Source of the DNA: Lama glama
Taxonomy: Eukaryota
Length of the DNA stretch: 64,000 nucleotides
Direction: 5' to 3'
Assembly (NCBI GenBank): GCA_028534125.1
Contig: CM052816.1
Location: 37,512,001 to 37,576,000 of the forward strand
Both the position numbers and the translations under genes were made by a program. Positions 11,621-25,534 of this stretch are shown one piece after another (within the stretch, counting starts at the first letter, position 1; every line of letters begins with the position of its first letter). The notes under the pieces were generated by a model, which did no database searches, was not told the origin of the DNA, and saw only the letters and a list, made by a program, of their open reading frames with translations.

Positions 11621-12354
11621 TAATTAATAATCCTATTCTCCCAGGTGACTCTTTCATGGGCTATTTTTTATCTTCTTAAACTTCCAAAATCCACCTTCTT
11701 CTCAAGCAGTAATCTTCCTATGTCAGTGCCCTGAAGCCAACAGTCACCAGGGATATTTGGTAATTTGTACAGGGATCAAAATGTGTCTGTACTTAAACAA
11801 GATTTTGAGGTGATACTTGTTTTTGCATTTTAGTCTCACTTCATCATAGCCCTAGAGTGACATTGTCCCCCCATGTCCTTTAATAGTTTAGAATAATTAT
11901 AAGTAACTCTAAATATGAAATAATTTATTCTGAAAACCTGGCATTAGAAAAAGCTGACAATATGGCTAACCAGGGGTGGTATTTCCTTGGTAAAATCACT
12001 ACAAGTTAGATTTTGTCCAGTTTTGAGCTACATCCTGCATATTTTAGTAATCTCAATTTTAAATGTCCATGTATTATAAATTTTAATTTTTTATGAGGAA
12101 TTATGCTTTTGATGATAATTGGACCTTACAGCGTAGATATGTGTACAGTTTTATCTAGGTTCTGAGGTTAGAGTTGCACAAGTAAGACAATCTAGTACTA
12201 TGTATTGAAGTGGAATGAGCGTAGATGTTGCTTTAGAGTAAGAACTGGATTTTGTTTTGAAGTGCTCTTCTGATCCCATATCCAATGCTAATTATCTTGA
12301 TTGATGTTCTTAGAAATATACCTAAAGACCCAATTTCTTTTTAACCTCACTGAC

Positions 12355-12505
12355 TTTTTAAAAAAAAAATTAAGGTATAATTTACATACAATAAAATCCA
12401 CTTGGTTTAAGTATAAAGTTTGAATTTTGGTAATTGAATACAGCTGTATAATTTGCAACACAATCAGGATGTAGAAAATCCCCATCACCAGTGTGACCGC
12501 TCCTA
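12355..12505 (-). mobile_element. Old L1 3' terminal fragment (L1MD/ME-like)
   Basis: aaggtataatttacatacaataaaat...acaatcaggatgtagaaaatccccatcacc. Confidence 0.7.
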
Positions 12506-12859
12506 GTATTACTCTGTGAGATTGCTTATGTTCAATGGGAGAACATCTTGACCTGTGATTGCCAGGCCAGCTTCTAACAACACTGAGCACTTGCTGGTTC
12601 TGAATACCTGGGAATTCTTTTCTCCTTCCCATTTCTTCTTTAAAAAAGAACGAGCTATTCATCAGAAGATAACTTCTACATCTTCCCAGTACCCAATATA
12701 CTTATCTAATATTTGGAATAACTAGACTGTCAGCTAGTTTTGCCACATATATAAAATGTCATTGTTCCTAAACAAGGCAAACATTTCTCACGATGTATTA
12801 GAGTCCACCCCATATTACTAGGTAAAGGAGCTTTCTCCTATAATTTTCTTTTCTCCCTT

Positions 12860-13822
12860 CTTTTTCAAAATCTATTTTTGTTGAAGTATAATTGATATAT
12901 TACACTAGTTTCAGGTATACAACATTATGATTTGCTATCTGTATACACTGCAAACTGGTCACCACAATAAATTTAGTTATCTGTCACTATACAAAAGTTA
13001 CAAATTTTCTTCCTATGATAACTTTTAAGATTTACTCTTAGCATTTTTCAAAGATGCAATACAATGTTATTGACTATAGTCACCATTTTGTACATTGCAT
13101 CCCCATGACTTAATTATTTTATAAGTGGAAGTTTACCTCTCGAACCCTGTGACCCACTTTTGCCACCTTGTAATTCCCTTCTCTCTGCCAATTACTGATT
13201 TGTTCTCTGTATCTTTTACTTTTGTTTGGTTCATTTTTCTTTGGATTCTGCATATAAGTGAAATTATGTTGTATTTATCTTTTTATGTCTGACTTATTTC
13301 ACTTAGCCTGATCGCCTCAAGATCCATCAATGTTGTTACAAATAGTAGAGTTTTATTCTTTTTATTTTATTTACAGCTGAATAGTGTTCTATTGTATATA
13401 TTTATCACATATTTGCTAGACGTTCATCTATTCATGGACACTTATGTTGCTTCCACACCTTGGCTCTTGTAAATAATGTAGCAAGCAAACGGGTGCATAT
13501 ATCTTCTCAAATTAGAGTTTTCATTTTCTTCAGATAAATACCAGTAGAATCACTGAATTGTATGGTAAGTTTTTAAAGATTTTTTTAAAAGTTTAAACTG
13601 AAAGTATAAAATTATAATTTTTAATTTTCTGAGGGAACTTCCTTAGAGGCTGTACCATTTATATTCCCACCAACAGAGCAGGAGGGTTCCCTTTTCTCCA
13701 CATCCTTGCTAACACTTGTTCATTCTTGTCTTTTTGATGATAGCCTTTCTACAGGTTAGTGATGTTGAACATGATTTCATATGTCTGTTGGCCATCTATA
13801 TGTCTTTTTTGGAAAAATGTCT
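12860..13822 (-). mobile_element. 5'-truncated L1 (L1MA9-related laurasiatherian type)
   Basis: 3'UTR (gttgaagtataattgat...gactatagtcaccat) followed by the antisense ORF2 C-terminus. Confidence 0.9.
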
Positions 13823-13824
13823 AG

Positions 13825-14495
13825 TCTCTTCTTTGCTTCCTACCAAGACTTATTTTTCCCTATACTGTATCATTCCTGTCAGCACACAAATACTTTGCAT
13901 TGTCGCCCACCTTAAAAATGAAGCAGCTTTCCCTTGGTCTTCCTTCTCCCTCAGATTTTATAGCACTTCTTTCATTTCAAATGAGATGGCTTAACTACTG
14001 TACATATTTAGAATCATCCTTTGCTCTCCTCCTATTCTCCTTAAATCTCATCTCATTGTCCCCAGCATTCCACAGCAACAGCTACCTTCAGGGTTACTAT
14101 TACCTCCATATTGTCCCAACTGTGGGTTAGTTCTGAGCCCTCATTTTTTTTTGTTTAAACGATCAGCAGCATTTGACATGATTGCTTCCTGATTTTTGAA
14201 ACATTGCTTTTATTAAATTTTGTAATAGCAACATCTCCTTTTTTCCTTTCGGTCCTTAAACTCCTTTGATGATTTTTTTTTTCCTTCTGGTTGATGTGCA
14301 TTTTGAAGGGTAACATCAGATTGTGTCCTGCCACAAATTGTTTTCTCTATTTACAGTTAATCTTTGGGTGATCATGTTATCTGTAGAGAAATAATTCTTT
14401 CCATCCCAGATCTTCCCTGTGAATTTTAGACCTTTATATCCACTCACCATATCAAATGTGGCATGCTTCAGGCTATTCTCTTTATACTGTCTTCT
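13825..14495 (+). mobile_element. L2 fragment (RT region)
   Basis: atcagcagcatttgacatgattg resembles the SAAFDTVDH motif; L2-like flanks. Confidence 0.75.
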
Positions 14496-14497
14496 TC

Positions 14498-15120
14498 TGT
14501 AGTCTACTATCTGATACCCATTAGTATCCTTGGACTCCGTCTAAACCAGTCGCCATTCCTGCCCGGCACAATGCAAATTATATTTCATAGGTTCTTGCAG
14601 GAGATTGACTTCCTTTTAGGTTCTGCTGACATGAGACCCTGGCAGGAGTTTGGAAGGTGGTAAGAATTACAAAACATTTTTATGGCTTCTGAGCATCTCT
14701 GACAATGATTGTCCCAGCTCTGCTGGTGGAGATGGCGGTAGGGAGGAAAACCTGGGGGAGCAGGAGCAACAGTGGAAACAGCAACGGGAATGTGGTAACA
14801 GCACTGACGGCACTAGTAAGAGCTGCACTAAGAGTGAACATGGGTAGCCCCTGGTGTCCTGCTTAGCCAGCTCAAAAGCAGCAAGCAGCGGCTTCAGCTG
14901 GGGGAGCCAGCCCTGGGCTTGGAGTCACAGCGTCCCCCCGAGCTTCTGCAGTGCCCAGAGTAATAGTGTCTTCTGGCAGTTACTCATTGTTTGCTAATCT
15001 CACCTGTTCCTTTTTGTGCCCACAGTTCTCCATTCACACTTTTGAAAAGCAAATTCTCTAAATTACCTCCAATTATATTCCTTGAGTAGTTTGTTTGCGT
15101 GACTGAAGACTGATAAAGTA
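14498..15120 (+). mobile_element. ERVL solo LTR, LTR41-like
   Basis: Starts tgtagtc; ttaggttctgctgacatgagaccctggcaggagtttggaagg is a characteristic LTR16/33/41-group motif; ends gactgata. Confidence 0.65.
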
Positions 15121-15619
15121 CTTGAGCCAGAAGGAAACAGATCTGAGGAAGCAGATCTTTTGAGGTTAGTTAGCTAACATAATTGAGCTCGGAAAAAAAG
15201 TGATGACATCGTTATCACTGGAAAATAAACTAGAAGATAAATTGATATTACCCACAGATAGATGTAACGGCTGAAGACTCTGCTTTTCCTTTTTTGGAAG
15301 AGTGAAAAGTCTTCCTTTGGACAAAGAATAGTAGCATCCTATTAGAAGCATGGCTGTTCTCTTTAGCCAAATAGTATCTTGTTTCTTTGTGCCACATCCA
15401 CCCTTCCATACCTCATGTTTACCTTCAAGTTATAAGGCATAATTTGCATTTCCTAATCTTTGCCAGCTGGCTTCACCAATGCTTCCTTCTAATGTAAGAG
15501 ACAGGGAAAGGAATTGAATGCAGAAAGAAAAGGAAAAACCAAGCCATTTTTTCCAACCTGCTAACCAATCTTTCACTAGGTATAAATTGTTGATGAGGAA
15601 GTGATAGCTTCAACTGCCA

Positions 15620-15830
15620 CAACAAACAGCTCCAGGATGTCACTGGTATATTACTCAGACTACACGCTCACCAAAGGGTAATCTGGGGACTCTGTGTCAT
15701 GGCAGCCTAAACCAGAGATGCAAGTTAAAGAGCACCACCACCTGGAACATTGCTAATTGCTGTGGCAGAGGTAAAGAAAAGCTTGTTCTCACATTTCATC
15801 AGCCAAAGGAAGATTAATAAGCACTATACT
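15620..15830. mobile_element. MLT1J-like LTR fragment
   Basis: gcaccaccacctggaacattgctaattgctgtggcagagg and ctcacatttcatcagccaaag. Confidence 0.55.
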
Positions 15831-15989
15831 AACCTTCCACTATACGAACATGCTCTTCCAAAACCTTGGTAAATCCTTGGTAAATAATTGCCTGCATTAG
15901 AATCCCTGTTTGAGTTAAAAAAAAAAAAGGAAAACAAATTCTAGAGTATTTTCAGCTTTTGTATTTATCTTTAATGGAAGTATGGTTTT

Positions 15990-16797
15990 AAATCAGTCTT
16001 CCCCACCGTGTTCCTCATTGAAGTTAATTGGTACGCCGTATACTCAGTTTTTTAAACAAAAATGTTTTGGATTCCTCTTTTTGTTTAACATCACTTATCC
16101 AATACATTAGAAATTCTGGCCACCTCCAACTGTGAAATGTTTGCCAAACCTAAACATTTCTAGCATGGCTACCGCATTGGTTCAAGCCAGTGTCACTTTT
16201 AGTCACTACAAAAGCTTCCTAACTGAGCTCTCAGCTTCCAGTTTTTTTTTTTTTTCTCTACAGCAGTTCTGTGGATCTTTTTGACCTGTAAGTGAGAGTT
16301 TGTTGCTCCTTTCCCCAAATTAATCTGAGGCATCTTAACCAGTTGTGAAGTAAAATTTGAGAGCTATTACCTACAATGCTCCGCACAATCTGATCCTTAA
16401 CCACTCGGTGGCACCTTCTCTCTTTGTCTGCTCCTTAACACTGCCCTTCACGGGTCCCTCTTCAGTCTTTACCAATGTGTTGTCCTCTGTCTGGAATATT
16501 CTTCAACAGATTGGTGATAGCCTAGTCCCTTACTTAACTGGGCCCTCTGCTCAAATATCAGGTCGTCTTTTGCTTTATCTGAAATGGAACTCTCAGAATA
16601 TTCTATATCCACACCTTGATTTCTTTGAATTCATGGAGATTTTTATGTTTAAAAAATTACATATCTATTTATTTGTTTGCCTATTATCTGCCTCACTAAT
16701 GAGGATGTCTATTTCATGAAAGCATTAAGTTTTCCTGTGTTTTGTTGGTTCATTTGTCTGTCAAATGATACATACATAATAGTTTATTGAATGAATG
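15990..16797 (+). mobile_element. L2 3' portion
   Basis: L2-like pyrimidine-rich sequence ending in the tttattgaatgaatg tail. Confidence 0.8.
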
Positions 16798-17974
16798 CCT
16801 TACTTAGGTAAATCTAAGCAGTATTTCGTGGAGTTGTTGGTACTGATACCTTTGTTTACACAAAAGTACTTAGTACATCATAGTCTTGATAATTATGAGT
16901 CAAAAATTCTTTTCCCTCCTGTGGTGTCTCTTGGTGCTACAGTGCTGCATGTTAGGTATCAGGCAGTAACCATGCTAGTGATGGGTTCAGTTGTTACAGC
17001 TAAGCACACAGATCATTAGATTTACTGCTCCTATTAGTCCTTGAGTGTTCTAGGAATGGAAAACAATTTCTTCACCACTCTTTTAGATTTGCACTTGCAC
17101 GTAAATTATAAAGAGATTAAATGAGATATGATAGAAGTGGAATGAGGTTGTAACTCACAGAAGGGTAATGACTTTTACTCGATACTTTACAGAGATATTG
17201 TTAGTTCCATGTCAATATCAAATCTTAGCCATGATAAAAATACTTAAATTTCCTCTAAAAATGAGGATTTTAAATACGAATCCTGAAAAAAATTATACTT
17301 TTAAAATGCATGAATATTGCAAATAGTTTTTATAATCCCTTTATTTGTTTGGTAAATGTTCTATTTAATATTAAGGTCTTTAGAGTCAAATTCATTGTTG
17401 GCAGGTTTTTTCCTTAAGATTTGTTAAAAAGGCTTTTATGTTAATATCTCTACAAACTGTTTGTTTACATTTATGCAACAATATTCAAAATTGCCATCAG
17501 TATTTCAACAATTAGTAGAACTACTTATGGAAGTTTCATCATTGCAGGAATCCTTACATAATTAACTCGATAAAGTTATTTATTGTGCTTGTATAAAATT
17601 TTTCACTCACCATTATTTCAGTATTTTATAAATTATATAAATCTAAAGTAAATCAGAAAGAAAAATTTGTGTAGCCTACCAGAATTTAAAACACAAACTA
17701 GAAAAAAAAATGAGAAATAATAAAAAAAAATTAGAAGTATGTAAAATCATTTTTGCCTAATCATACCAATCACATTAGGGTTTTATCAAGATCAGGGATA
17801 TAAGACAAATTTAAGAATCGTATGCTTGGGAAACTGTGTCATAAAGAATAGCTAGTGAGAATATTGGGGAAAGATCTGGGGAACGAGAGGGGAATCATGA
17901 CTATCACACCAATGACACAGAAAGTTGTATGCATACATACGACTCTATCAGTTTGTACTGATAGCTCCCATATG

Positions 17975-18082
17975 TGAAGGCTAGGTAGAAATACGAATCT
18001 CAGGCCCCATCTTAGACCTATTGCACAGAATCTACATTCTGAAAGGCTACGTGTATGCTCATGAAAGTTTGAGAAGCACTAA
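17975..18082. mobile_element. MER5-like hAT-Charlie MITE fragment
   Basis: caggccccatcttagacctattgcacagaatct...aaagtttgagaagcact. Confidence 0.75.
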
Positions 18083-18425
18083 TCTATAAGCTACTGAGAA
18101 CTAGTTTGGATTGAATGGAGCGTCTACCATATTGCAGATCCTGGACCTGGGTAATACCTTTCTTCTATCTATCAAACCTTGTGTCTATAACAGCTTCCAG
18201 CTGCTCCATTCAACACAAGATAGAAGGTTATTAAGAGGCTTACGTGATGTTTTTCTAAATACTGGGGCTTGGATTTCCCTGATAATAGGGAAAACCAACA
18301 AAAGAGAGTTTAACTGAAAGCTTACCCCAAAGTATTATATGCTTTGACAATGCAATAAATTAATCTGGACTTACAGAGGAAAGAGAACACCAACGTATGT
18401 TATGGACAACCACTGATAGTCCTTC

Positions 18426-19558
18426 CGGTGGTTCTCAAATCGTCTGATGGGGTTCCAAGGGAACATAATGAATAAAGCAATTTTGCTCTTAAACTTTTGA
18501 AATTTTAAAAGAACGATTATGTTGGTCAAAACATGTTTTGCTTACTTAACAAATTCTAAAACATTGTACCTGAGATATAATGACTGCTTGGGTGATTTCT
18601 TCATTACTATCATGAATGGTTCATGTCATTTAATGTATTTTATGTTTCTAGATAAGTTATTTATTAAATTTGCAATTTATCTTTTCACTTGTCTTACCAT
18701 CCAATAAGCAAAATAAGTCAAAGGTTAAATGGTGGAGAAGTCTTATTAGGAAGCAAGTATAGCTATTAAAACAGAAATTTAAATATTATAACAAAATATG
18801 TTAATCAAATTGCACTATTGAATTCTATACACTATTAATAGCATAAAATATAGAATAAGCAATACTATAACAGCTCTCTGATGATCTTCTTTTTAATGGG
18901 ATAAAAAATGCAGAATATGAATCCATTCTTGGCATATATAAGGTTCTATATGAAAGAAAACTGATCGGTGACTTTTTTGTTAAGCTCATCACTGAAAACT
19001 ACACAAAAACAATTGTTTCCTTTATTAATGATTATTGTGAATAATGATGTAAGCTAGAATAGGACCAGAAATGATGAAAACTAAGTAAATATGCAGTAAA
19101 AGCAGGCATTCCTGTGTAAAATGAGCAAAGGAGGGTCAACATGAGTTTGGATTTTTATATTCCTTCATTCAACAACAGTAGGCTTGAAAAATAGGACCCC
19201 TGATTCAAAAATTGTAGGTTAAGAATGAGTGAAAAATGTACCCATGAATGGCAGAAAGAATCTCCAGTTTTTAGTTCACAGAGCTAGGATATGTACAATA
19301 AATATAAGACTTCTTTTTGACACCAATGTATATTAGCTATATATGGAAAAAGATGCTCATATTTTTGAAATGAGAGGAGATGTTAAAAAGTAAACATTTT
19401 CTGTGATTTCAAGAGGCATGCTCAAGTGATGTTAAGTATCTTGAACAGCCTGAATTCAGCATACTTTGCTGCAGAATCATCACAATATTTAATGCTGGGA
19501 TAATTAATGCTAGGGTAAGATCTTAGCCTTTTTGAGACCAAACTGTGGAAAAACACTG
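18426..19558. mobile_element. Possible ~1.1-kb hAT-Charlie-type element
   Basis: Left end CGGTGGTTCTCAAA and right end reverse complement CAGTGTTTTTCCAC resemble Charlie/MER5 TIRs (9/14 identical to each other). Interior not recognised. Confidence 0.3.
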
Positions 19559-20559
19559 ACCTATCTAGAATTTGACATTTTTACCACACCTAAGGATTTT
19601 CTTCCCTTTAATAGAAAATAACTAATGGTTGTATATTTTTAACCACAACCAAATAAAACAACAAACTCTGAGGAAAGAGCTTCCTACCTGAATTTGATCA
19701 AAGAGTAGGTTTGAAATTGATATGCCTCTATTTTAAGTTGAAACATTAAATCTTCTATGTTTTGAGTGTAATTCCCTTCAGCTTTGTACCTGACAGTGTG
19801 CTTACAATAATTTTTAGTGAAAAATTTTGCTTTCATATCTAGGTCTTTGTTCTATCCACTTATTCTGAGACATCTGAATAGCTACCAAATGCTATCAACA
19901 ATTCTCCATGATACTAATATTAAGTTTTTATATGGAATATCAATACAACTTAGAATAGAAACTTAATAAACAGCCAAAATATAGACTCTAACACATGCTT
20001 TAATCTATGTATTATCAAGCCAGATGTAATTATCTTACTATCCTTCTAACTTACATGAACAGTAATCTTATTACCTATTAAATATTTACATTAGTTCAAA
20101 AATGTGATTTACTTTTTAAATTATTTAAAACTAGTGATCTGTGTGGTTCCATAAATGCCAAATATTTGAGATAAACCATACTGTGAATTGTTAATTTAAA
20201 ATCTTTTCACACAAGTAGAATGTATTCCTCTTTTATCTACCCTCTGCAACTACAATCAGTACAATCAGTATAACACAATATATGTATATGTGTTCCTTAT
20301 TCCTCCATGCCAATTGGTTAAAAACCAAGCCAATTTTCCTTAATGGGGTTTCAGTTCCTGATTTTATATTTTCTGTCAATAATTATCCAGATTCCACAAT
20401 TTAATTAAATTTTAAATTTGATTCTCTAGTTGACCAGCCTTTTTGTGCAACATTTTCTCAAAACACCTGTTAAATTTATCTCCCTTCACTCAGGTACTCA
20501 TTATTTCACACCTATATTAAACACTAAAGGAAATTTCCTAATATTATTATGAAGTTTCC

Positions 20560-22898
20560 TTTTTCTCAGTCAATATTCATTACATATGTTTGGACACTCC
20601 ATTATTAAGTACACACTCAGGATTAATATGCCTTCTTGATAGATTCATCATTTTTTAAATTATACTATGTCTCTCTTCTCTCTGGAAATAGTCTCCTGAA
20701 TTGACTCATACAAATAATATTTGGTCTCACATTAACGTAGCTATGCTAGCTTTCTATTATTATTTGTTATATTATTTCCTTCCTTTTACTTTCCACCATG
20801 GTGATTCTTTATATTTAGTTTTTATAAACACCATGTGGTTTCTTTTCTATCTAGTCCGACAGTCCTTGACTTTCAAAGGGAGTGTTTAGTCTAGATGTGT
20901 TTCCTACATTTTAATGATACTAGGTTTAAGGTCTACCACTTTTTCTTTTTTCTTATTTTTTTTTGGCATGAATTGCAAATATTTTTAAAAATTTAATTTA
21001 TCTCATTTATTAGATATGTATGTAATATTTTAATAGTTCTTAAAATATGTATATTAATTTTTTTACTGTCTTTCGTCAAATAACAGAGTACTTTACAGAC
21101 AGTGCAATAACCTTACCAGAGTACAATGCCATGTACTTCACTTTGTGAAACTGTCCTCTGTTTTCCTCCTACAAACTGAAATGGTAGTTAATATAAATGG
21201 TTATTATTTCTCCTTTAAAGCTGCAAAAATGTTTTTAAACATTTATACAGATATTTTATCTTTCTGGTGCTTTTCATTCCTTTTCACACTGTTATTTTTT
21301 ATGAGATATTATCTTACTTCAGTCTGAGTAACTTCTTCAAACTTTGATGTTGTTTAGTGTTCCTGATGACCCATTCTCTCGTATTCATGGTCTTCACAAC
21401 TCCGTGTGCCTGTGTCATCATATCTGGGGAATTTGTGGCCATTATTTTTCTAAATATATTTTCTGATTGATTATCATTTTTCTTCCCTTCTGTGACTTGA
21501 ATTTCACTTCTTTTGGACCATTTAATATCATTCCTCATATCTTTGACACACTGTTCTTTGATTTTTCTTTTTTAAAAAAATTTCAGTTTGAATAATTTAT
21601 TTATGGGCTTCAAGTTTTGTTATTCTTTACTGTATCTGATCTGCTCTTGTGCCCATTAATTGAATTCTTCATATCTGATATCATAATTTTAAAAGTCTAT
21701 CAGTTTTATTTTAGCTTTTTTAGTGGTTCCATTTTTCTGCTGAAATCTTCCATTTCTTCATTCACTTAGTTCACCTTTTCAAATATATCCTATAGCTATT
21801 CTTATTTTAATTATAGTAGTTATTTTTTAAAAACCATGTGCTCCATCTCTGGGTCTGTTCATATTGACTATTCCAGCTCCTGATGATGAGACATATTTTT
21901 TTCTTCATATATATAAACAAAATTTATATGTAATATATAATTATATAATATAAGTAATTTATACATATTATTTAAGCTTTATGCCAGATATTTTATGTAG
22001 AAGATTATTAGATAACAAAGTAAATAATACATACCCTTAGAAGGGAGTAGGTCTCTTTCTGTTAGGAAGCTGCAGTGCTGGACTGAATCATTCTGACCTG
22101 CAGTTGAACTTGCCTGGGCTTTGTCAAAGATTTAGCTTGCTCCAGTTTACCACTGGGTCAAAACGTTTGGGTGCTGATTTTAGACTTTCTTCAGCGGGGC
22201 TTTTCGTCTTTGAACAGTCAAAGTTTGAGAGATTTCTTTATCCTTTACAGAGAATCCATCAGCTTTCTGCACAGGAGTGATCTGTCTGCTTTGAATTCTG
22301 GCAGACAGTTTTGTGGGTTGTTGGCAAGTTCTCTCTGCTTTCTACTTTCTGATCCCACCTCTGTCTTTGTGTCCTTTGCACAGTCTCTGCTCAATTCTCT
22401 GCCCACTGCCTTACATTTCAGAAGGACCCAGAATGGCTTAAAGAGTTTATTTTCCTTCAACTCTGCTGGCCCACTGCCAGGCTTCAGTAGCTAAAAGCCT
22501 AATGGGCCTTAGGGGATTTTCTTCAGATTATCCAGACTTGACCTCAGCCTTCTGTAGGGGGACTCGGGAAGTACTTAGATAGGTTTATTTCACCTCTCCA
22601 CACTGCTCCTTCGTTTAGTAATTGAAAACTGTTAAAAACTAATTAAATGTTTGTCTGCTCTTGCCTTACCCCATCTGTAGGAGGTTTCTCTTCGTCTGAT
22701 CCTCCACCAGAGATAAAAGGAGTTCTGCTTTATTTTCTTCTCAGAAGGGCTTGTACTTTCCTGGAATTTAGTTTGTTCTTGTTTCTTGGTGGTCACAATG
22801 TTGTTTTAATCTGTTTTTTTTTTATCCTTTTTGTCTTGATTTGTTTGAGAATGATGGTTTCTTTTGACTTTTCTCACACTAATCAGAAATGGAGTCAC
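20560..22898 (-). mobile_element. Ancient L1 5' half (EN start, ORF1, 5' region)
   Basis: Antisense EN-start motifs at 20700-20940; ORF 21314-21538 (IQVTEGKK..ENIFRKIMATNSPDMM) is ORF1-like. Confidence 0.75.
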
Positions 22899-23339
22899 TA
22901 GGCATTACAGTTTGCAAACATTTGTGTGTACCTCTTGCGGTGAAAATGACTGATCAGCATGCCTTTAATTTCGAAACAAACATCTCAAGTTCACACTAAT
23001 TCTGGAAATTCTTTGGGCCTATTCCAGAGCTTTGTGTACATGAGAGTTTCTGGGAATTTATGCTTCATTAGCTTCATGGTAAATCCACTTCACTTTTTGA
23101 GATTTAGGTATGTAGCTTGCAGTCACATTGCTGTCCAGTTAAGCTACTGCTAGCAGGATATCCTGGGCTAGTAAGCATCAGCGTTTACTAAGGCGAATCA
23201 TCTTGAAATGACACACATGTTCTTTCATATGCCTTTGTGTGCAACCTATCATCAGGCCTTCTCTTCCTTGCAGTGGCCTATCATTCATCAGTGGTGAGAA
23301 CTGGGCACTATTTACCATTTCTCTAAGATTCTGAACTCC

Positions 23340-24220
23340 TTCTTATGCTAAGCAAGCCTCGGCTCATGTATTTTTGATCTGAAATGGCTCTGTCCAATCA
23401 TATCAGTATAGGTTTTTAATTTTTAGCAGATTTGATACACAATACTAATATCAACAAAGATGAATTCATAACATGCCACTCCAAGGAAGAGGATGATGAT
23501 TAATGAGTGCAGGCAATTTAAAGATTGGATAACACATACACACTACTATAACATAAAATAGATAAATAACAAGGACCTACTGTACAGCACAGGGAAACCA
23601 TATTCATTATCTTTTAATAACATATAATGAAAAAGAATCTGAACTGGATCACTGTGCTGTGTACCTGAAGCTAACACAACATTGTAAACAACAACAATTT
23701 AAAATTTTTTTGAAATTAAAAAACAAAAGATTAGTACTACATAAGATAAATTAAAAATTCTAAAATTTTACTTTCATGTGTATAGAAATTTCATTGCTTT
23801 TCCTCCCAAATTGGAAAGTATTCTAAAATTTTGTGATATTATTAATAATACCTCATGAATCCAGAAAGTCTATTGTAAACTATTGATTATTTTTAAAAAG
23901 TCATTTTCTGTGATAGGCATGAGTGAATAATTCCATTATCTGTATACAAAATAGTTGATGGGTAAAAAGATAATGAAAAAGTGTGCATCCAGAACTGTGA
24001 ATGTAATTTTAAAGAATGTTAAGCAGTTGACCAAAAAATCCCTTAGTATGCTTTTGTTTTGGGGCATTTGCTGACTTTTCAAAATTGGCAATTTGTGATA
24101 TCATTTATTCTGAATAGTCGCCTTTATATGTAACTTTCTATTACATATATATCTTTTTTTAAAAGGAACTCCCAAACTGTGTGAGCTTCAGAATGTCCCA
24201 AACCCGAATCTTCCCATTCT
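23340..24220 (+). mobile_element. hAT-Tip100 (Arthur1-like) transposon 3' remnant, split by an L1
   Basis: 23800-23950 is a degenerate hAT dimerisation domain (FP..L..L....ERSF.KL.IIK pattern); the end aaactgtgtgagcttcagaatgtcccaaacccgaatc resembles the Arthur1 terminus. Confidence 0.55.
23527..23725 (+). mobile_element. Short cetartiodactyl L1 3' end with TSD
   Basis: aacaaggacctactgtacagcacagggaa...aactggatcactgtgctgtgtacctgaagctaacacaacattgtaaa; A-rich tail; AAAGATT duplicated at 23520-23526 and 23726-23732, preceded by TT. Confidence 0.9.
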
Positions 24221-24479
24221 CTGTAAAATAGCATTCAGTTCTCTGAATGATCTAGCTTCTCTGTCTCCCAAACTTGTGCATCACATTCCTCTGAAAGACA
24301 TAGTTTATTGTTGCCACGTCTCCTGACTCTGTAGTCTGAGCTGCGTGATCTTCCACAGCACTCTCACAGCAGCGTTCGTTTGTAATAATTTTTTTTCACA
24401 TATTTGTGTGTCCTCTTTGCCTTGAATGTAAGATCTATGCATCTTACTGATGAGCCATTTGTTACTCAGAATCTTTGAG

Positions 24480-24660
24480 GGTTTACTATCTACCAGAAGC
24501 CACTAACAAATATTACTTACTAAGTTGCTTAATTCTGAGAACAAATCTATGCAATAAATATTATCTGCATATAGCGGATGAGGAAGTTTTAACTTAAGTA
24601 AATTGATCAAGGTCACACAGTAGGTTATTCTAACAATGGAAGTAGAAGTCCAGTTCAAAT
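24480..24660 (-). mobile_element. MIR SINE
   Basis: gatgaggaag...aagtaaattgatcaaggtcacacagtag core. Confidence 0.7.
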
Positions 24661-25534
24661 GCGGAATGATATATACACATCTTTGCCCGTTTGCTTGGTG
24701 ATTTTTAATTAACTACTGCACAATAAACATACATGAGAATAAGCATGAGTTTATATACTGCTAAAGTGTATTTTCTCCAGAGGTAGTCACTATCACTATT
24801 GGATGTTTGTTGTATATCTTTCTAGTGCATATTTTGAAATTTTTACTATGTAAATAAGAAAGCCTTCTTTCTTGTTCTTAATAGTGTTTGTTCATTCATC
24901 CTCTATTTCTTGTTCAGTCTTCTAGGAATTTGACAATTTATTACTGTTGTTCCCCAACAGACTATGTATTCACAGGGTTGATCCCCCCCGGTCTTTTTGT
25001 GTACTATGTCAGTAATTTTTGCTTTTAATTGTTTTTTCTACTTTTATTAGGGTAGTTCTTTCTTCTTTCTCTAGTTTTTTAAGATGATTAACTGTTTTTC
25101 TACCCAAGAGAATATCACATTCATGAGATTCATGATTGAAATTCTGTAATGCTTCCTAGAAGTATAGGAGAAATGAGTACGTCCATCTGGGCTCTACCTT
25201 AGGGTGTGACATTGCCCATTTTTCTCACTTGAATCATTCTTGTGGGTAAGTGATATTTAACATTTCCCTAAAGTTTCATAAAATTGGGCACCCTTTCATA
25301 TCATGATTGGCAATTTTGATATCTTTTGTGAAGAATCTTATCAAATCTTTTGCTCATTTTTTTCAAATTTGTTCTTTATATTTATATAGAATAATAAAAT
25401 TTGTATATGCTGGATGACATTTTCAATCATTTCATGGTTACTTTGATGAATAGTGGTTTTTCAACATAATGGAATCCAGTTGATCGATATTTCCTTTAGG
25501 TTTGTTTTTAAATTATTTTTATGCATGTATGAGT

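Noticed and set aside
14650..14847. Gly/Gln/Glu-rich ORF
   Set aside because: Lies inside an LTR41-like element.
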